Shown here in pieces: positions 51,124 through 64,000 of a DNA stretch of 64,000 bases. The stretch is taken from positions 32,349,751 to 32,413,750 of the forward strand of contig JARFYF010000119.1 of the NCBI GenBank assembly GCA_030265395.1, given 5' to 3'. Origin of the DNA: Rhina ancylostomus (taxonomy: Eukaryota). Made by a program: the position numbers and the translations under genes. Below the pieces are notes generated by a model that was given only the letters and a program-made list of their open reading frames with translations, was not told the origin of the DNA and ran no database searches. Positions within the stretch are counted from its first letter, which is position 1. The number at the start of each line of letters is the position of its first letter.

Positions 51124-53689
51124 TTATCACCTATCAACAAAAAAAGTTCATAAATTTGAAAGTAGTGCATTAGGTAAAGGTAATATACATACAAGTGAGC
51201 TGCAAGTGATTCAAATGCAGAAATATTATTTAATCTGCTGCAAAATCAAAACTTCAGTACAAGTCGCCCCCATAAAATTGTTCTGCCATCTACCTAGTGA
51301 CCTTTTGTTCATTGGCACACTTCCACTGCAACTTTCTGTCTATTCCACATCTTTCACTATAACCTCCAAATTCTCTCCCATTCAGAAAATATTTCCCAGC
51401 ATGTAGCCCCTAGCACCATACACTGCCTGCCCATCGAGCCCTACACCATTCCACAAGTTCAGTCCTTGCACTGTCTCATCTCCTATTATAGGCTCGTTGA
51501 ATTCACCTTATCCATGAAACCTCACTTGCAATTACACCTCAAACATACTTCAATGGATTAGCTTTGGGACACCCTTAACATATGAAGAAAACCTCTCTTT
51601 GCAGCTCATCATATATGTATTAGCCATATGCATCACAAGTCATTTGCTCCACACTTCCACATTACATTTTGCATATTATCTCAGCTTTAATTTCTAATTT
51701 ATCTTTCAGTATCTGCTGAATTTACATATTTCACATACAGATTTTAAAGTCAAATCTTAAAACTAAATTTTATACTTTCCCCCTCCAAACTTGCTGCTCC
51801 TATTTTTATTTCTCCTCTTTGCTAATGTAACTATTAATGCACTAATTCACCTTCATGAGAAGCTCTCTCATTTTTGTTCCTTAATGCTTTTTTTCTCCAA
51901 AGTAATACTGTTGGATGCCCTGATCCAATGTCAAGCCCCATCAGCATGTGTTTCCAGCAAGTTACATTGCAAAAGTCTTTTAACATGTAGACAGGTTCAA
52001 CAGAACAAGCCATGAGGTATCCTCTGACAACAAGATCAACATCCATGTTTCTGTGGCACTCTCATCTTACCCTCCACCTGCCCAAAGACATGCATAGCAG
52101 AAACAAAATTGCTGCCGCATTTAACATTCCCTGTTGTATCACTAATAACTGCACATTACCTTATCGTTCACACTTCATTCGTTGCAAAGACTTTAGTGCA
52201 ATGGTGCACAATCTTTTTGCCAAACAACCCAGGTCATTTCTGAAGGCAACTCCACAAAACTGGTTTTATTTGAGATCATACAGATCCAGATGTAAATATT
52301 TTAGCTCTGTAAACTGATACACAAATTGTAAAGTTTTAAAGCAGTGAAGTTTCTTTTCATATTGCTACTAAACAAGACAATAACAGTTTCCTAATTTAAA
52401 ATGTAAAGGAAGTATGGCCAGTGTTTGTGTGTAAGCAACAATTGAGCCATCTTTCCTGACCTATTTTTGTACCAACCAGGAAAGAATAACTATTGTAATT
52501 CATACATACTTTAAATATTATTATTACCTACCCACCATCAACCCATTTTGTAAATTTCCTCCCATCACTTACAACTCACCACCCCCCCCCCCCCATACCT
52601 TTGTAGTTGCAGATTCAGGACTTTAGTTTCTGTTCCTACTATTTCAGTCTCCAGCCCAAATGAGGAATTCTACAGATTCTGGTGACTCTTAATGGACGGC
52701 ACACAGGAGTAGTGTTAATTATTCCTTTCACATTACACCTAGACCGAGATAGCCTTTTCTCTAGTTTGTTCCTCAACATGTTGGCCTAAAAATCGATAAT
52801 GTTTCACACTCCTAGAATTCTTTCTCAGTGGTGGTATGGCTAATTTGGTCGTCAGCGAAATATGGATTGAAGTTGCCATGTTTACAATTGCATAATCTCT
52901 CACTTCCAGTTCAATTCCATCCATTAGATCACTACTACGACGGCCTATATACAACCCTCACTGACTTTTGTCCCCCAGCATTTCCTAGACCCACCAATAC
53001 AGATTCCGCATTATGATTTTCATAGCCAAAATCTTTCATTGCTGTTGCACTGATTTCCTCCTTCACCAACATCACTCCACCTCCTGTCCCTTTTTGCCTG
53101 TCTTAAATATTGACTGCCTCTGGATATTCATTTTTCATCCCTGGTCACCCTCCAGGCTGGACTCTTGCAGTAATATGATCTCTCGCCTTCACTAGTCTAT
53201 CCATATGCACCCTAGTCCCTTCATTTTTAAAAACTTCAAATCTCACTGCAGCTGCTACTTCTGTAAAGGAGATCCAGCTTTTAATTCACACAGACAACAT
53301 GCATATGTTTAGCATAATATCACTCTTTTGGCTCTTTTTATTATAAAAGATATTGACATGCATATTTTTCTTTAGTCTCGGCATTCATATCATGTATTGT
53401 ATTAGTTTGGAATTTTATCACAAGTTTCCCATACTTACAAACAATTGTTATTAATGTTATAGCAACTCAAATATTTTCAAACATCAATTTTAATATAACA
53501 TTTAAATCAACTACTTTTATACCAATACCATGATTCAGATATTATGCTACACTTTGCATTTGGCAGAATGGATCTTGTACTCCACATCTGCAAGATGAAA
53601 GTCCACAATGAACCTCCTGCACAATAGCCATCTCTGACAATAAAGAGTCAGAGCAGGATTTTGGAAGATATGGACTACTTACCATACCC

Positions 53690-54205
53690 GAGACATCACA
53701 ACACAATAGCAGGCATAGATGATAAAATTCACCTACACCTTTGGTCAATCAAAAGAAAGTCTTTAGATCAAGACCTCAAACCTGACACAAAATTCAAGCC
53801 ACCAAGCAACTGTAATCCCTGCCTTCAGGTACCCAAGTCCCATCCTCTTGCCCCTGCTTCCAGGTTTCCAAAACAGCTCTATTCCAAGCTCTGTTACAGG
53901 AAGAGATTACCAGGCAAACAGAGGAATGGATTTAAAGATGTGCTCAAAGCCTCCTTGGGGAAAAAAAAGGAACATCCCCATTGACTCCTGGCAAACTCTG
54001 GTCCATGTGTATACAAAGTAACATTCAGGACTGCATTAAGAATTGAGGTCAGGCATCAGAAGCCCAGCAAAAATATCAGAAGGTGAGCATCACCTTTTAA
54101 ACTATCCACTTATCTGCCTTGTCAAGCATCCCCCTGCCCATCTGCGGAAGGGTCTGTCACCTCAAAAGCTACAGAAATAAGTCATGCACTATCCCAAGGG
54201 ACTGC
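53690..54205 (+). mobile_element. RTE-clade LINE fragment
   Basis: SRFPKQLYSKLCYRKRLPGKQRNGFKDVLKASL; same family as 44100-45100. Confidence 0.7.
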
Positions 54206-55599
54206 TAAAATATGATAATACAATAAAGCATCTGCTAGTTCTTTTTAATTGTTCCTCCTTGCCTTGTGGGATGATGCAAATTGTTCCTCCTTATCTTGCA
54301 GGTAAATTGGTTAACCACAACAGAAATAGAATATTTTCTAAAAAGAACAGGCCTCTTAAAATAAATCCTTCCAGGTCCACTCAGTCAGGTCCCACAAAAA
54401 CAAACCAGAACACAATTTTCCATCTACGCTTTAAATAATGTCATGGAACCTTTCACATTTATCTGAAGACCAAGTGAGCAACTCATCTAATAACACCATC
54501 TCTTACATTGCAGTACCCTCTGACATCTATGAAATGGAATATGTACCCACAACTTTTAGTCCTTGGCAGGGGCTACAACAGAACCAATGGTGTTATACAA
54601 AAATTAAGCGAACTTAAAGATGGAAAAATATTCCAAGAAGCATTTTTAAAGACTGCTGTCCATTAACAGCTAATGTTCGAACTTGGTATGGAATATCATA
54701 TCTTAACAATACATGCTGAAACTCTCTGGTCCAACATGTTTTGAATCTGTAGTACAGATCTGTACTAATTATCTAATTCTAATTAAGACTTAAGATTTAT
54801 TACGTGTTTTCTTATGAAAATTGTGTATAATTTATGTTTATTTTGTTTTTCTTGTGAATGCTGCTTATGATGCTATATGTCTGTGATGCTGCTGCAAGTT
54901 TTTCATTGCACCTGTGCATACATGTACTTGTGCATATGACAATACACTCAACTTTGAAATCCAACTAAGATCTAAAAATAACTAAGATTTGCACTAATCT
55001 GCAGTCAATGAACCTACCGTGCAACTTCTGCAATCTCAACTGTCAGCCATCTCAGCATCTCCAATTTAAGGCAACTTTGGGTTGTGGACAGTTCTTGAAA
55101 CAATTACATAACCCAGGGAGTGTCTATACTTAAAAAGAACAATTCTCCTGCACAAAGGAAGCTTTTCAGAGGAAACTTCTGCGGTTCAGCACCAGTCAAG
55201 ATCAAGGGCGCCGGACTAGAGAGTTTCAACCTGTAGCTACTTTCAAACACTCATGAATCAGTCTAGGTCTACGCGTTCTTCAGTATTTATTTGGAAACTA
55301 GAGTACTGTTATGTAGAATTACATACATGAAGAGTTATATCCATTTCAATCAACATTTTTACCAGATGAATATTCAAAAAAACTATTACATCCTACTCAA
55401 ATTCAGTACACAGTCTTTCAGTATTGCTTGTACTCTTATTAAACTTTGTACGAAATGTGCTGTCAGATTTATATATAAATGTCACCTGTACATCAACATT
55501 CTCAATGTTGATACGCAGATGACCTTGCCACCAAATAACGTTTCATGTGCTGTTTTTATTATGCAAACTGGCAAGCAAATTCACAAGGTCAGAGATACA

Positions 55600-57830
55600 C
55601 TGTGAACAAAAGAAAATAGGAGTTGACCCCTCTAGCCTATCCCACCATTGAATATGACCATGGACTACTTGCTCCAGGTCTCAACTCTTCTGCACCAATT
55701 CCCTAATCTTTCATGGAATTATTTATCTCCTCTTTAAATACCTCCAATAATCCAGCTTNNNNNNNNNNNNNNNNNNNNNNNNNNNNNCATCCTCTGGGAT
55801 AGCAAATTCCAGATATACATAACACCAATTTCTACAAAAAGAAATTCTTATGCAACCCCATTTTAACTATGTCCCCTCATTCAAGATTCTCCCACTACTG
55901 GAAATCCTCATGTGCCCCCTCAGTATCTTATACTTTAATAGGATTACTACTCATTCTTCCAAATAACACAAATCCAACTTCTTCAGCCACTCATGACAGG
56001 ACCTTTCTATTCTCCATTTTTAAACTCCAACCCTCTCACAATAAAGGCCAAAATACCATTTGTCTTAATTACTTGCTGTACCTGCCTGCTAATGTTTTCT
56101 GATTAATGCACAAAAACACCTAGATCACTCTGTACTTCACTCATTTTAGATAAGTCTACTTCTCAATTCCTCTTACAGAATTGCACTACCTCACATTTCC
56201 CTACATTAAATTCCATTTGCCAAGTTTTTATCCACTCACTCAACTTACTTATACAGATCTTCCCCAGCTCACAAATGCTCAACTCATGTACAGCCTGTAC
56301 ATATGAACAAACATTTGGGAGACCAGCAGTACAGATTTGCCAGCTGCTGCAAGGCTGCAGGTATCTTCTGCCACCTGGAAACTCAGTCCACAGCCACATT
56401 TCCAATTTGCAAACTGTTCGAGTCACAAACAGTGCACAGGAACAGAACCCAACCATAACCTGTGGACAACCTGTATCTTGTTGCAGGGGCTAAAGATCCT
56501 CATTGCAACGTACACACCTACCAATTTTTGCATCATTGGCAAACATAAATACCTTACCACTAGCCCCTCCTCTAGATCATTAATATCAATAGCACATATT
56601 ATTTGAATTAAGAATTCCCAGGAACTTGGTCATTTTATGCTGCTCTGGACAAATGGCATGTTATAATTCTACTTCTAAGAATTTGCTGGATTTGTACATT
56701 TAACAGAATTAGCTTTCTATGGTATGAACACAAGAAAATAGGAGCAGGAGAAGTCCACTAGATCCATCAAGCCTGCACCACCAGTTAATATAACCAAGTN
56801 NNNNNNNNNNNNNNNNNNNNNNNNNNNNNNNNNNNNNNNNNNNNNNNNNNNNNNNNNNNNNNNNNNNNNNNNNNNNNNNNNNNNNNNNNNNNNNNNNNNT
56901 ATCTACTTCAAATACTTCTAATGATCCAACTTCCACCACCCACTGGGGCAGAGAATTCCAGAGATTCAGCTTTTTGTCTATGGGAAAAAAATTTCAACAT
57001 ACTTCCGTTTTAACTGACTGTCCCAAATCCTGTAGTTATATCCCCTTGTTCAAGACTCTTCCACTATTGAAAACATCCCAAGAACTACCCTGTCAAGCCC
57101 ACTTAGGATGTTATATGTTTGAATAAGGTCACCACTCATTCTTCTAACTTCCAAGGAATACAGGCCCAAACTATTGAATGTCTATTGGAAGGGCAATCTA
57201 CTCATCCTAGGATTGAGCCTGGTGAATCTCCTTTGTACTGCCTCCAATGTTACTATATCTTTTCAATGGCAAAGGGGACCATTACTGTACAGAGTATTTG
57301 AGGCGAGGACTCACCAAATCCTGTACAACTGCAACAAAACCACATTTTTGAAACACCAACCCCATTGCAATTAAGTACTGTTTGCCTTCTTGTTGGACCA
57401 ACTTGCTAGCTTTTTGTGATCCCTTTGCACTTCACTCACTTACAGTCCCTCTCCATTTAGATAATAATCTGCCTTTTGATTTCATGACTTCACACTTTCT
57501 CAAATTAAACTTCATTTGCCAGTTAGTTTGCCCTCTCACTCAGTCTATATCCTGTTNNNNNNNNNNNNNNNNNNNNNNNNNNNNNNNNNNNNNNNNNNNN
57601 NNNNNNNNNNNNNNNNNNNNNNNNNNNNNNNNNNNNNNNNNNNNNNNNNNNNNNNNGTTTGCCCTCTCACTCAGTCTATATCCTGTTGCAGAATCACTAT
57701 CTTTATCACAACCTGCCCTCCTATTTTTGTATCATTGGCAAATTTGGAAAACTAATACTGTTCCTTCCTCCAGGTCATTAAAGTTTAAATGATTATATGG
57801 CTCATCATTGAGAATTATTAATGCAGTTCC
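55600..57830 (-). mobile_element. Cluster of old CR1-type LINE fragments
   Basis: KLSEWIKTWQMEFNVGKCEVVQF and two LINE-type tails (near 55610 and 56725). Confidence 0.7.
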
Positions 57831-57889
57831 AATACTGATTATTTTGAACTGCCTCATGAATTCAATTTTAAATTATCTACCCACCTATA

Positions 57890-58360
57890 TTATCATTCTT
57901 CTTTCTGGCAACAAATAGCTTGAAATTTGAAACACCACCAATACAGTTGCCAATGTACCAGAAAGAGAGAATTGAGGTTGAGGTCAGAGGAGGACTGAAA
58001 CAAGGACCATTATATGCATTGGTTGGGCCCATGTTAGTTCTTACAGCAATACTTTTGATCTGGAGAATGTGAGTGGAGTTGAAGGAGAAATTGATCAATG
58101 TGAGAACATTCAGCCTGATGAATGAGTGTGTTCGGAGAGAGGAACTGGCTGGGCCTCATTTCAAGGAAGAAGTGAAAGGTCCTCAGAACATTTTTTGGTG
58201 GAAATGAAAGAGCAGACCAAGGAACTGTGAATGGATTAGTCCCTTTAGAATGCTGAAAAATGAGGGAAGGGGAAGACATGTCTGATGGCAAAAACTCAAT
58301 GCAAGCTGCAGAAACTGAAGAATGATACATTGGTGAGTGATGATTCACTTGCACTTCTTC
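57890..58360 (-). mobile_element. Penelope-like element RT relic
   Basis: NFSFNSTHILQIKSIAVRTNMGP...FWYIGNCIG resembles the PLE RT motifs (LQ.KG.AMG..MGP / RYIDDC). Confidence 0.65.
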
Positions 58361-59099
58361 CAATCTATTTTACTACATATTAGGGAGTAGCAAGCCATAG
58401 TGAAAGAGTTTATAGTTAATATAGGAACTACAGTACTGATATAAGCAAGTACAAGCCTTCAAAGAACTTCTGAATGTAACTTAAGTAACTTACAAGTTGT
58501 AATTGATTTTGAAATTACAAGGTACAGCTGTATAAACAAACAGGCTGCAGGATCATAGCAGGAAGGGACTTGACATAAGAACTTGAGAACTAATCATTGT
58601 ATTGCCAGTTTCCACAATGTATGTATGTATATAGATACTTTGTTAAAATGGGATATTGCAAATGTGACACAACCATGAAGCATTCTGGCACAAGTTGGCT
58701 AAATGCACAATGGATAACCTCAAGACAGATGAGACAAAGGGATCAAGTAAATTCCAATTACTACTTTACAGAAAGACCTCAGAACTCCAAGTCATGACAC
58801 ATTGATAAGGATAAGAACAACGTATTGTAGAGATACGTGACATGTCCAGGTAGTTGAGAACAGACAATGTTACTGGGAAACAGTAGATGAAAAGTCATTG
58901 GAACCAGGTGTTAAAGTGAGACAATTTGTAATTAATGTATTTGCACCACTGAAACACAGATGAGGGAATACAACAGACAAAGGGAGTCCTGTCTCCAATT
59001 CATGCACGAGATCAGGGAGATTCCAGACTGACTACTAAAGCACACTGAAAATGGTCACAGTCACATATGAAGACTGCCAATCACATGTCACATATTGTC

Positions 59100-59600
59100 A
59101 TAGCATCTGAAAAATATAAAAACAATGCATTGGAGTTTCAGGGAGACTTTTCCGCCTGATGTCCCTTGTGTGGCTGCCTGCTCAGATCTACACCCTGNNN
59201 NNNNNNNNNNNNNNNNNNNNNNNNNNNNNNNNNNNNNNNNNNNNNNNNNNNNNNNNNNNNNNNNNNNNNNNNNNNNNNNNNNNNNNNNNNNNNNNNNCTT
59301 GTTTGTCTTCCTGCTCAGATCTACAACCTGGATTCCAAGTGGCTTTTTAATCACAATACTGTATTCAGTATTTATAATGTGGTCTTCATCACGTTGGAAA
59401 AACCACAAAGATTTGGTGACCATTTTGTGGAGCACCTGCTTTCGATCCACAAGAACAATCCCGCACTTCCTATGCATGGTTGAGGATTGTCATATCATTT
59501 TCCTTCATAGCAAACTGCAACTTAATTTTTTTTCTCTCCCAGTTCGAGCAAGGGATTTCAATTGAAACATTCACTCCATCTCTCTGCTGAGTTTGCAGCA
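59100..59600 (+). mobile_element. Penelope-like element GIY-YIG endonuclease relic
   Basis: Degenerate ...RFGDHFVEHLLSI... matches the GIY-YIG 'RL..RF.EH' segment. Confidence 0.55.
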
Positions 59601-61268
59601 TTTTCTCCTTTTTTCTAAATGCTCAAACCTTATCTCAATTATATTCAGAAGTATTTTCCCATACCAACAATAAATTAACTTGCCTCCAATGTCAGCCCAT
59701 TCTCTTAAGTAAAACTGTTGGAACAAAATCCCTGTACAATCTACTTATCCAATGAAAACAAAAAACATTTTGCCAAAGTCATTGTTATCTCATCTCTAAC
59801 CTTTCAGCAGATTAAAGTTCACGGCAGCAGGCCACATTTACTTTTCCACTGTGATCTACTATTTTGTTCCAAACTATTTTCCTATCTACGGTAACTATCA
59901 GTACTTTAGCTTTTAGTGAGAAGAGTTGATTACGATTTTCAGTGCTATAAAACACCAGGTTGTTACTGATGTGGGAAATTTAACTAAAATAATCACCTTG
60001 CTGCAGTTACCTCAAGGCATTTGGTATCTATTGTAAAAATCTAGCCTCACACCAGCAAGCACTCAATTTTGTCAGATCTCAAGCTCAATAAGAACAAAGT
60101 ACATTGCTAACAGAAACAAGAAATTATTATACAATTTTGTATTTAAACCTTATAAATATGTTCCAGTTTATATTAAATAGTTACAGTGACACGACTATAA
60201 AAGACGTGCTTTTTTTTTGCAGTTCAGTAAAATTAAGGCTGATCCTGTGCCTCAACATTTTCTTGCCAAACCCCTATAAACTTTTATTCCACAAGTGACC
60301 AAGTCTATTAACTTCATCCTTGATTACACACAACAACTGAGCAATTACAACATTCTTTTAAAGGGAATCCAAAAGATTTAGAACTTTCTGGACAAGGAAA
60401 TTTCTCACATCAGACCAAACTGTCCAGCATGGAACTGGGCTTTCTAGTTCTAAACTTGGTAGCCTAACAAAATAGCCTGTCAGCATCCAATCTGTATATC
60501 CCAAAGAGATCATCTGTTATTATTCTAAACTCCAATGAACATAGGCCACTATTTCTCAATCTCATAGGATAAACACTCAATATAAGGAATCTTCAAGGCA
60601 AGTATAGTGTTCATAGGTATGGAAACCAAAATTGTCATGTGCATTTACAGAAAATCTCCCTTATTCCTGTATTCCAGTTTCCTTGCAGTAAAAACTATAC
60701 CATCTTCCTTCCTTGTTGTTTGCTGAACTGCACATTGACTTAGTTAGTGCATTTTATGAACCAACAGAATAGATTCGTCTTTACATCACTTACAAATGTA
60801 TTCTGTTCTTCCTACTAAACTGATAACTACAGCATGGGGAACTGTGAGGTTATAAGCCAATTTCTTACCCACTTGCTTAACCTCTCTTTCAGTTTGTGCA
60901 CTCATCATAGTTCACTTTCCTACAAAGCTTAGTTTCATCTGCAAAGTTAGATGAAAGATGACTGTTAAGTATCCATTTAATACAGAAATTACATATACTA
61001 AGAAAAGTTGGAAAAAATAACATGCTCCTGTGTTATAAAGCACAGATGCGTGGAAAAAAGGATCACTATCATCATCCAACCTTTTCACAATACATGCAGA
61101 GAGCTAAGCATCAGGCCTCAAAAAAGACTTTTTGCCTGGAAAAGAACAGCAGCTTCATTTTCTTACTCAAGTAGTTACGCAGAATCTAATCAGGAAGATA
61201 AATACAACCTGCTATAACATTTAAATACACAAACATTTTGTTGAAAACATTGATTTTTAAATGCTTAC

Positions 61269-61331
61269 CTACTTCAGAATTGTGTATGGCCAAGGACTCA
61301 GTAACTATTTCTGTTGCACCTCACTTACACA
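61269..61331 (-). other. RB1CC1: Candidate non-coding 5'UTR exon of RB1CC1 (63 nt)
   Basis: Strong acceptor tttcattctttttgcag and donor TAG|gtaagc in non-repetitive sequence upstream of the ATG exon; no ATG inside. No transcript evidence. Confidence 0.6.
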
Positions 61332-62689
61332 CTGCAAAAAGAATGAAACCAGTTTATTCTTTATTTCTTCCTATCTTTTAATCAAGTTGATATGCTATTC
61401 AAAGCCTGTGAACTCTACTTTTATGTAATGACCTTTGAGCAGCACCATAGCAAAACTTTGAAAGTCAACTAGTTCTATTGAAAGTTTTAAGTCTCAAGTG
61501 GATGTTTAACTAACATTACAATACACATAAACATTAGAGCTTTTTTTTACTATATTAAGCATTATAAATGTACAGCTTCAGATACTACTGCAAAGTGCTG
61601 CATCAACTGAATGACATTTTCAATTTCCACTTTAAATGCTACTACAAAAGTTTACACATCAGCTTCAAATTATCTGTGTTGCTTAAGCACCATTTCTCAA
61701 ATTAAAGACAAAATCTGGTTCCACAAAATTGTTAAACTTGATTTGCAGAAGTAATGAAATATGAAAGGTTGGATAGCATACTTGTGCATAGTCAAAACCA
61801 GTTTAAGAGTTGGAGACGTCAAGGAAACAATTTTTAACTATGAAGAGAAAGTGAAAAGAATATGAACATTAGGCTGTTCTTGTTATCCCCACAGAACAGC
61901 AAGGCTCTGGAATACATTGGCAGCTTCCTACTTGAGAGGGTGCTGGAATGCTCCTTGGGAGAGGCAGTGGCAAAGGATGAAGTGTATTTTCATATATTGC
62001 ATTGGCATGTAGAAGAGTGCTGGATGCTTAGAGTTGGAGGGAAATTTTTTCAGTCTTTCTTTCTGTACTGGCCCTAGATCTTTACTTTACCAACACTTTA
62101 CATGGCTGCAAAGTTATAGGAACATACGGGAGTCGGGGTAGACAATAAATCAGAAGCTCTTTTCCTAACCATTTTTGTACATATGTTCATAAAGTTTTTA
62201 CATGTATCCTTAAAATTCATATCATACAATTACTGACACGACAAAGTCACAGAAAAGAGCCTTCCCTTGGTAATCAAAAATTTAGTTACCAAAAAGCCAA
62301 AGGCTAATGTAACTTCTAAGCTTGACACTCGACCCTAAACAGCATCCACATTGTTACTGGCAACATACCTGTTAATCTTCCAGATCACATTTCTTGCATG
62401 CACATTATTCAAATATAATTTAAGGCTACAAATTAACACTTTTAAAATCTATAAATATTTAGAACCTAAAAATTTCATCTACACTAAAAAGGACACTGTT
62501 TGTCATAACTGAAGGCTTGACACAAACAGCCGTAGGGACGTACCATCTCTTCCCATGGCTGGCTATTGTTTTTCTTTTTTAAGGAAAGGAAGCTCTTGCT
62601 GTATAATCAAACTGACCTCTACACAGTAACAAGTGAAATAGGGCAAATCACCAACAGGTTTTTATACTAATAATGTGAGACCAAAAGAA

Positions 62690-63027
62690 AAAAAAATATC
62701 GAAGTGTTAGTTAATGTTTAATTCGTGCCAAGCTATAACCTGCACTCGCACAGGCAACATCACCACGAAATAATTGGCTGATTACGAGAAACTCATTTCT
62801 GTTAAACACCACAAACCACAACCGTAAGATTGAACCCCATCCATTCCCCAGCTCAGGTGACAAACTTTTGACTGTTTCTGAAGGGTGGGGATACGACCCA
62901 CTCAGAGGCTGAGTCATTCCCGCCCCGGACAGATCTCATGACTAAAGCGGCCCCACTGCTCTCCCAGACCAGGAGGGTCGGGACACCTCCGCGTCTCCAT
63001 TCATTCAACAGGCCGACCACCGTGCCG
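62690..63027. promoter_or_regulatory. CpG-enriched region, probably the edge of the RB1CC1 promoter CpG island / start of intron 1
   Basis: CpG and GC content rise sharply before the ~960-N gap; GC-box cccgcccc near 62920; lies 5' of the minus-strand gene. Confidence 0.6.
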
Positions 63028-64000
63028 NNNNNNNNNNNNNNNNNNNNNNNNNNNNNNNNNNNNNNNNNNNNNNNNNNNNNNNNNNNNNNNNNNNNNNNNN
63101 NNNNNNNNNNNNNNNNNNNNNNNNNNNNNNNNNNNNNNNNNNNNNNNNNNNNNNNNNNNNNNNNNNNNNNNNNNNNNNNNNNNNNNNNNNNNNNNNNNNN
63201 NNNNNNNNNNNNNNNNNNNNNNNNNNNNNNNNNNNNNNNNNNNNNNNNNNNNNNNNNNNNNNNNNNNNNNNNNNNNNNNNNNNNNNNNNNNNNNNNNNNN
63301 NNNNNNNNNNNNNNNNNNNNNNNNNNNNNNNNNNNNNNNNNNNNNNNNNNNNNNNNNNNNNNNNNNNNNNNNNNNNNNNNNNNNNNNNNNNNNNNNNNNN
63401 NNNNNNNNNNNNNNNNNNNNNNNNNNNNNNNNNNNNNNNNNNNNNNNNNNNNNNNNNNNNNNNNNNNNNNNNNNNNNNNNNNNNNNNNNNNNNNNNNNNN
63501 NNNNNNNNNNNNNNNNNNNNNNNNNNNNNNNNNNNNNNNNNNNNNNNNNNNNNNNNNNNNNNNNNNNNNNNNNNNNNNNNNNNNNNNNNNNNNNNNNNNN
63601 NNNNNNNNNNNNNNNNNNNNNNNNNNNNNNNNNNNNNNNNNNNNNNNNNNNNNNNNNNNNNNNNNNNNNNNNNNNNNNNNNNNNNNNNNNNNNNNNNNNN
63701 NNNNNNNNNNNNNNNNNNNNNNNNNNNNNNNNNNNNNNNNNNNNNNNNNNNNNNNNNNNNNNNNNNNNNNNNNNNNNNNNNNNNNNNNNNNNNNNNNNNN
63801 NNNNNNNNNNNNNNNNNNNNNNNNNNNNNNNNNNNNNNNNNNNNNNNNNNNNNNNNNNNNNNNNNNNNNNNNNNNNNNNNNNNNNNNNNNNNNNNNNNNN
63901 NNNNNNNNNNNNNNNNNNNNNNNNNNNNNNNNNNNNNNNNNNNNNNNNNNNNNNNNNNNNNNNNNNNNNNNNNNNNNNNNNNNNATTCTCCTCTCACCTC

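Noticed and set aside
62544-62598. Possible additional 5'UTR exon ending ATG|gtacgt
   Set aside because: The acceptor lacks a convincing pyrimidine tract.

Overview
Eukaryotic, AT-rich, repeat-laden genomic DNA. The CR1-LINE, tRNA-SINE, Rex1/Babar, RTE and Penelope relics suggest a cartilaginous fish, which is my inference. The window holds most of one minus-strand gene, RB1CC1/FIP200 (scaffold of the ULK1 autophagy-initiation complex). I traced 13 coding exons by hand from the ATG at 51082 to the end of the large coiled-coil exon at 7149. All have GT-AG boundaries and a continuous frame (3812 coding nt). The C-terminal exons, including the Claw domain, were not found in 1-7148 and presumably lie beyond the left edge. 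A candidate non-coding 5'UTR exon lies at 61269-61331 and a CpG-rich region at the right edge. The most interesting unexplained signal is a repeat-poor module at about 14.0-15.6 kb in intron 13496-19425. It contains a candidate 9-nt in-frame microexon and a strong 3' splice site that gives an immediate stop (an N-terminal-domain-only FIP200 or an NMD substrate). It also has a perfect 18-bp long-range inverted repeat covering that splice site's pyrimidine tract, competing 12-bp pairings, an intronic AATAAA and a second candidate 18-nt microexon. A uORF whose stop overlaps the main ATG is also present. All regulatory claims are predictions from sequence alone, with no expression or conservation data. 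Repeat boundaries and family names are approximate.
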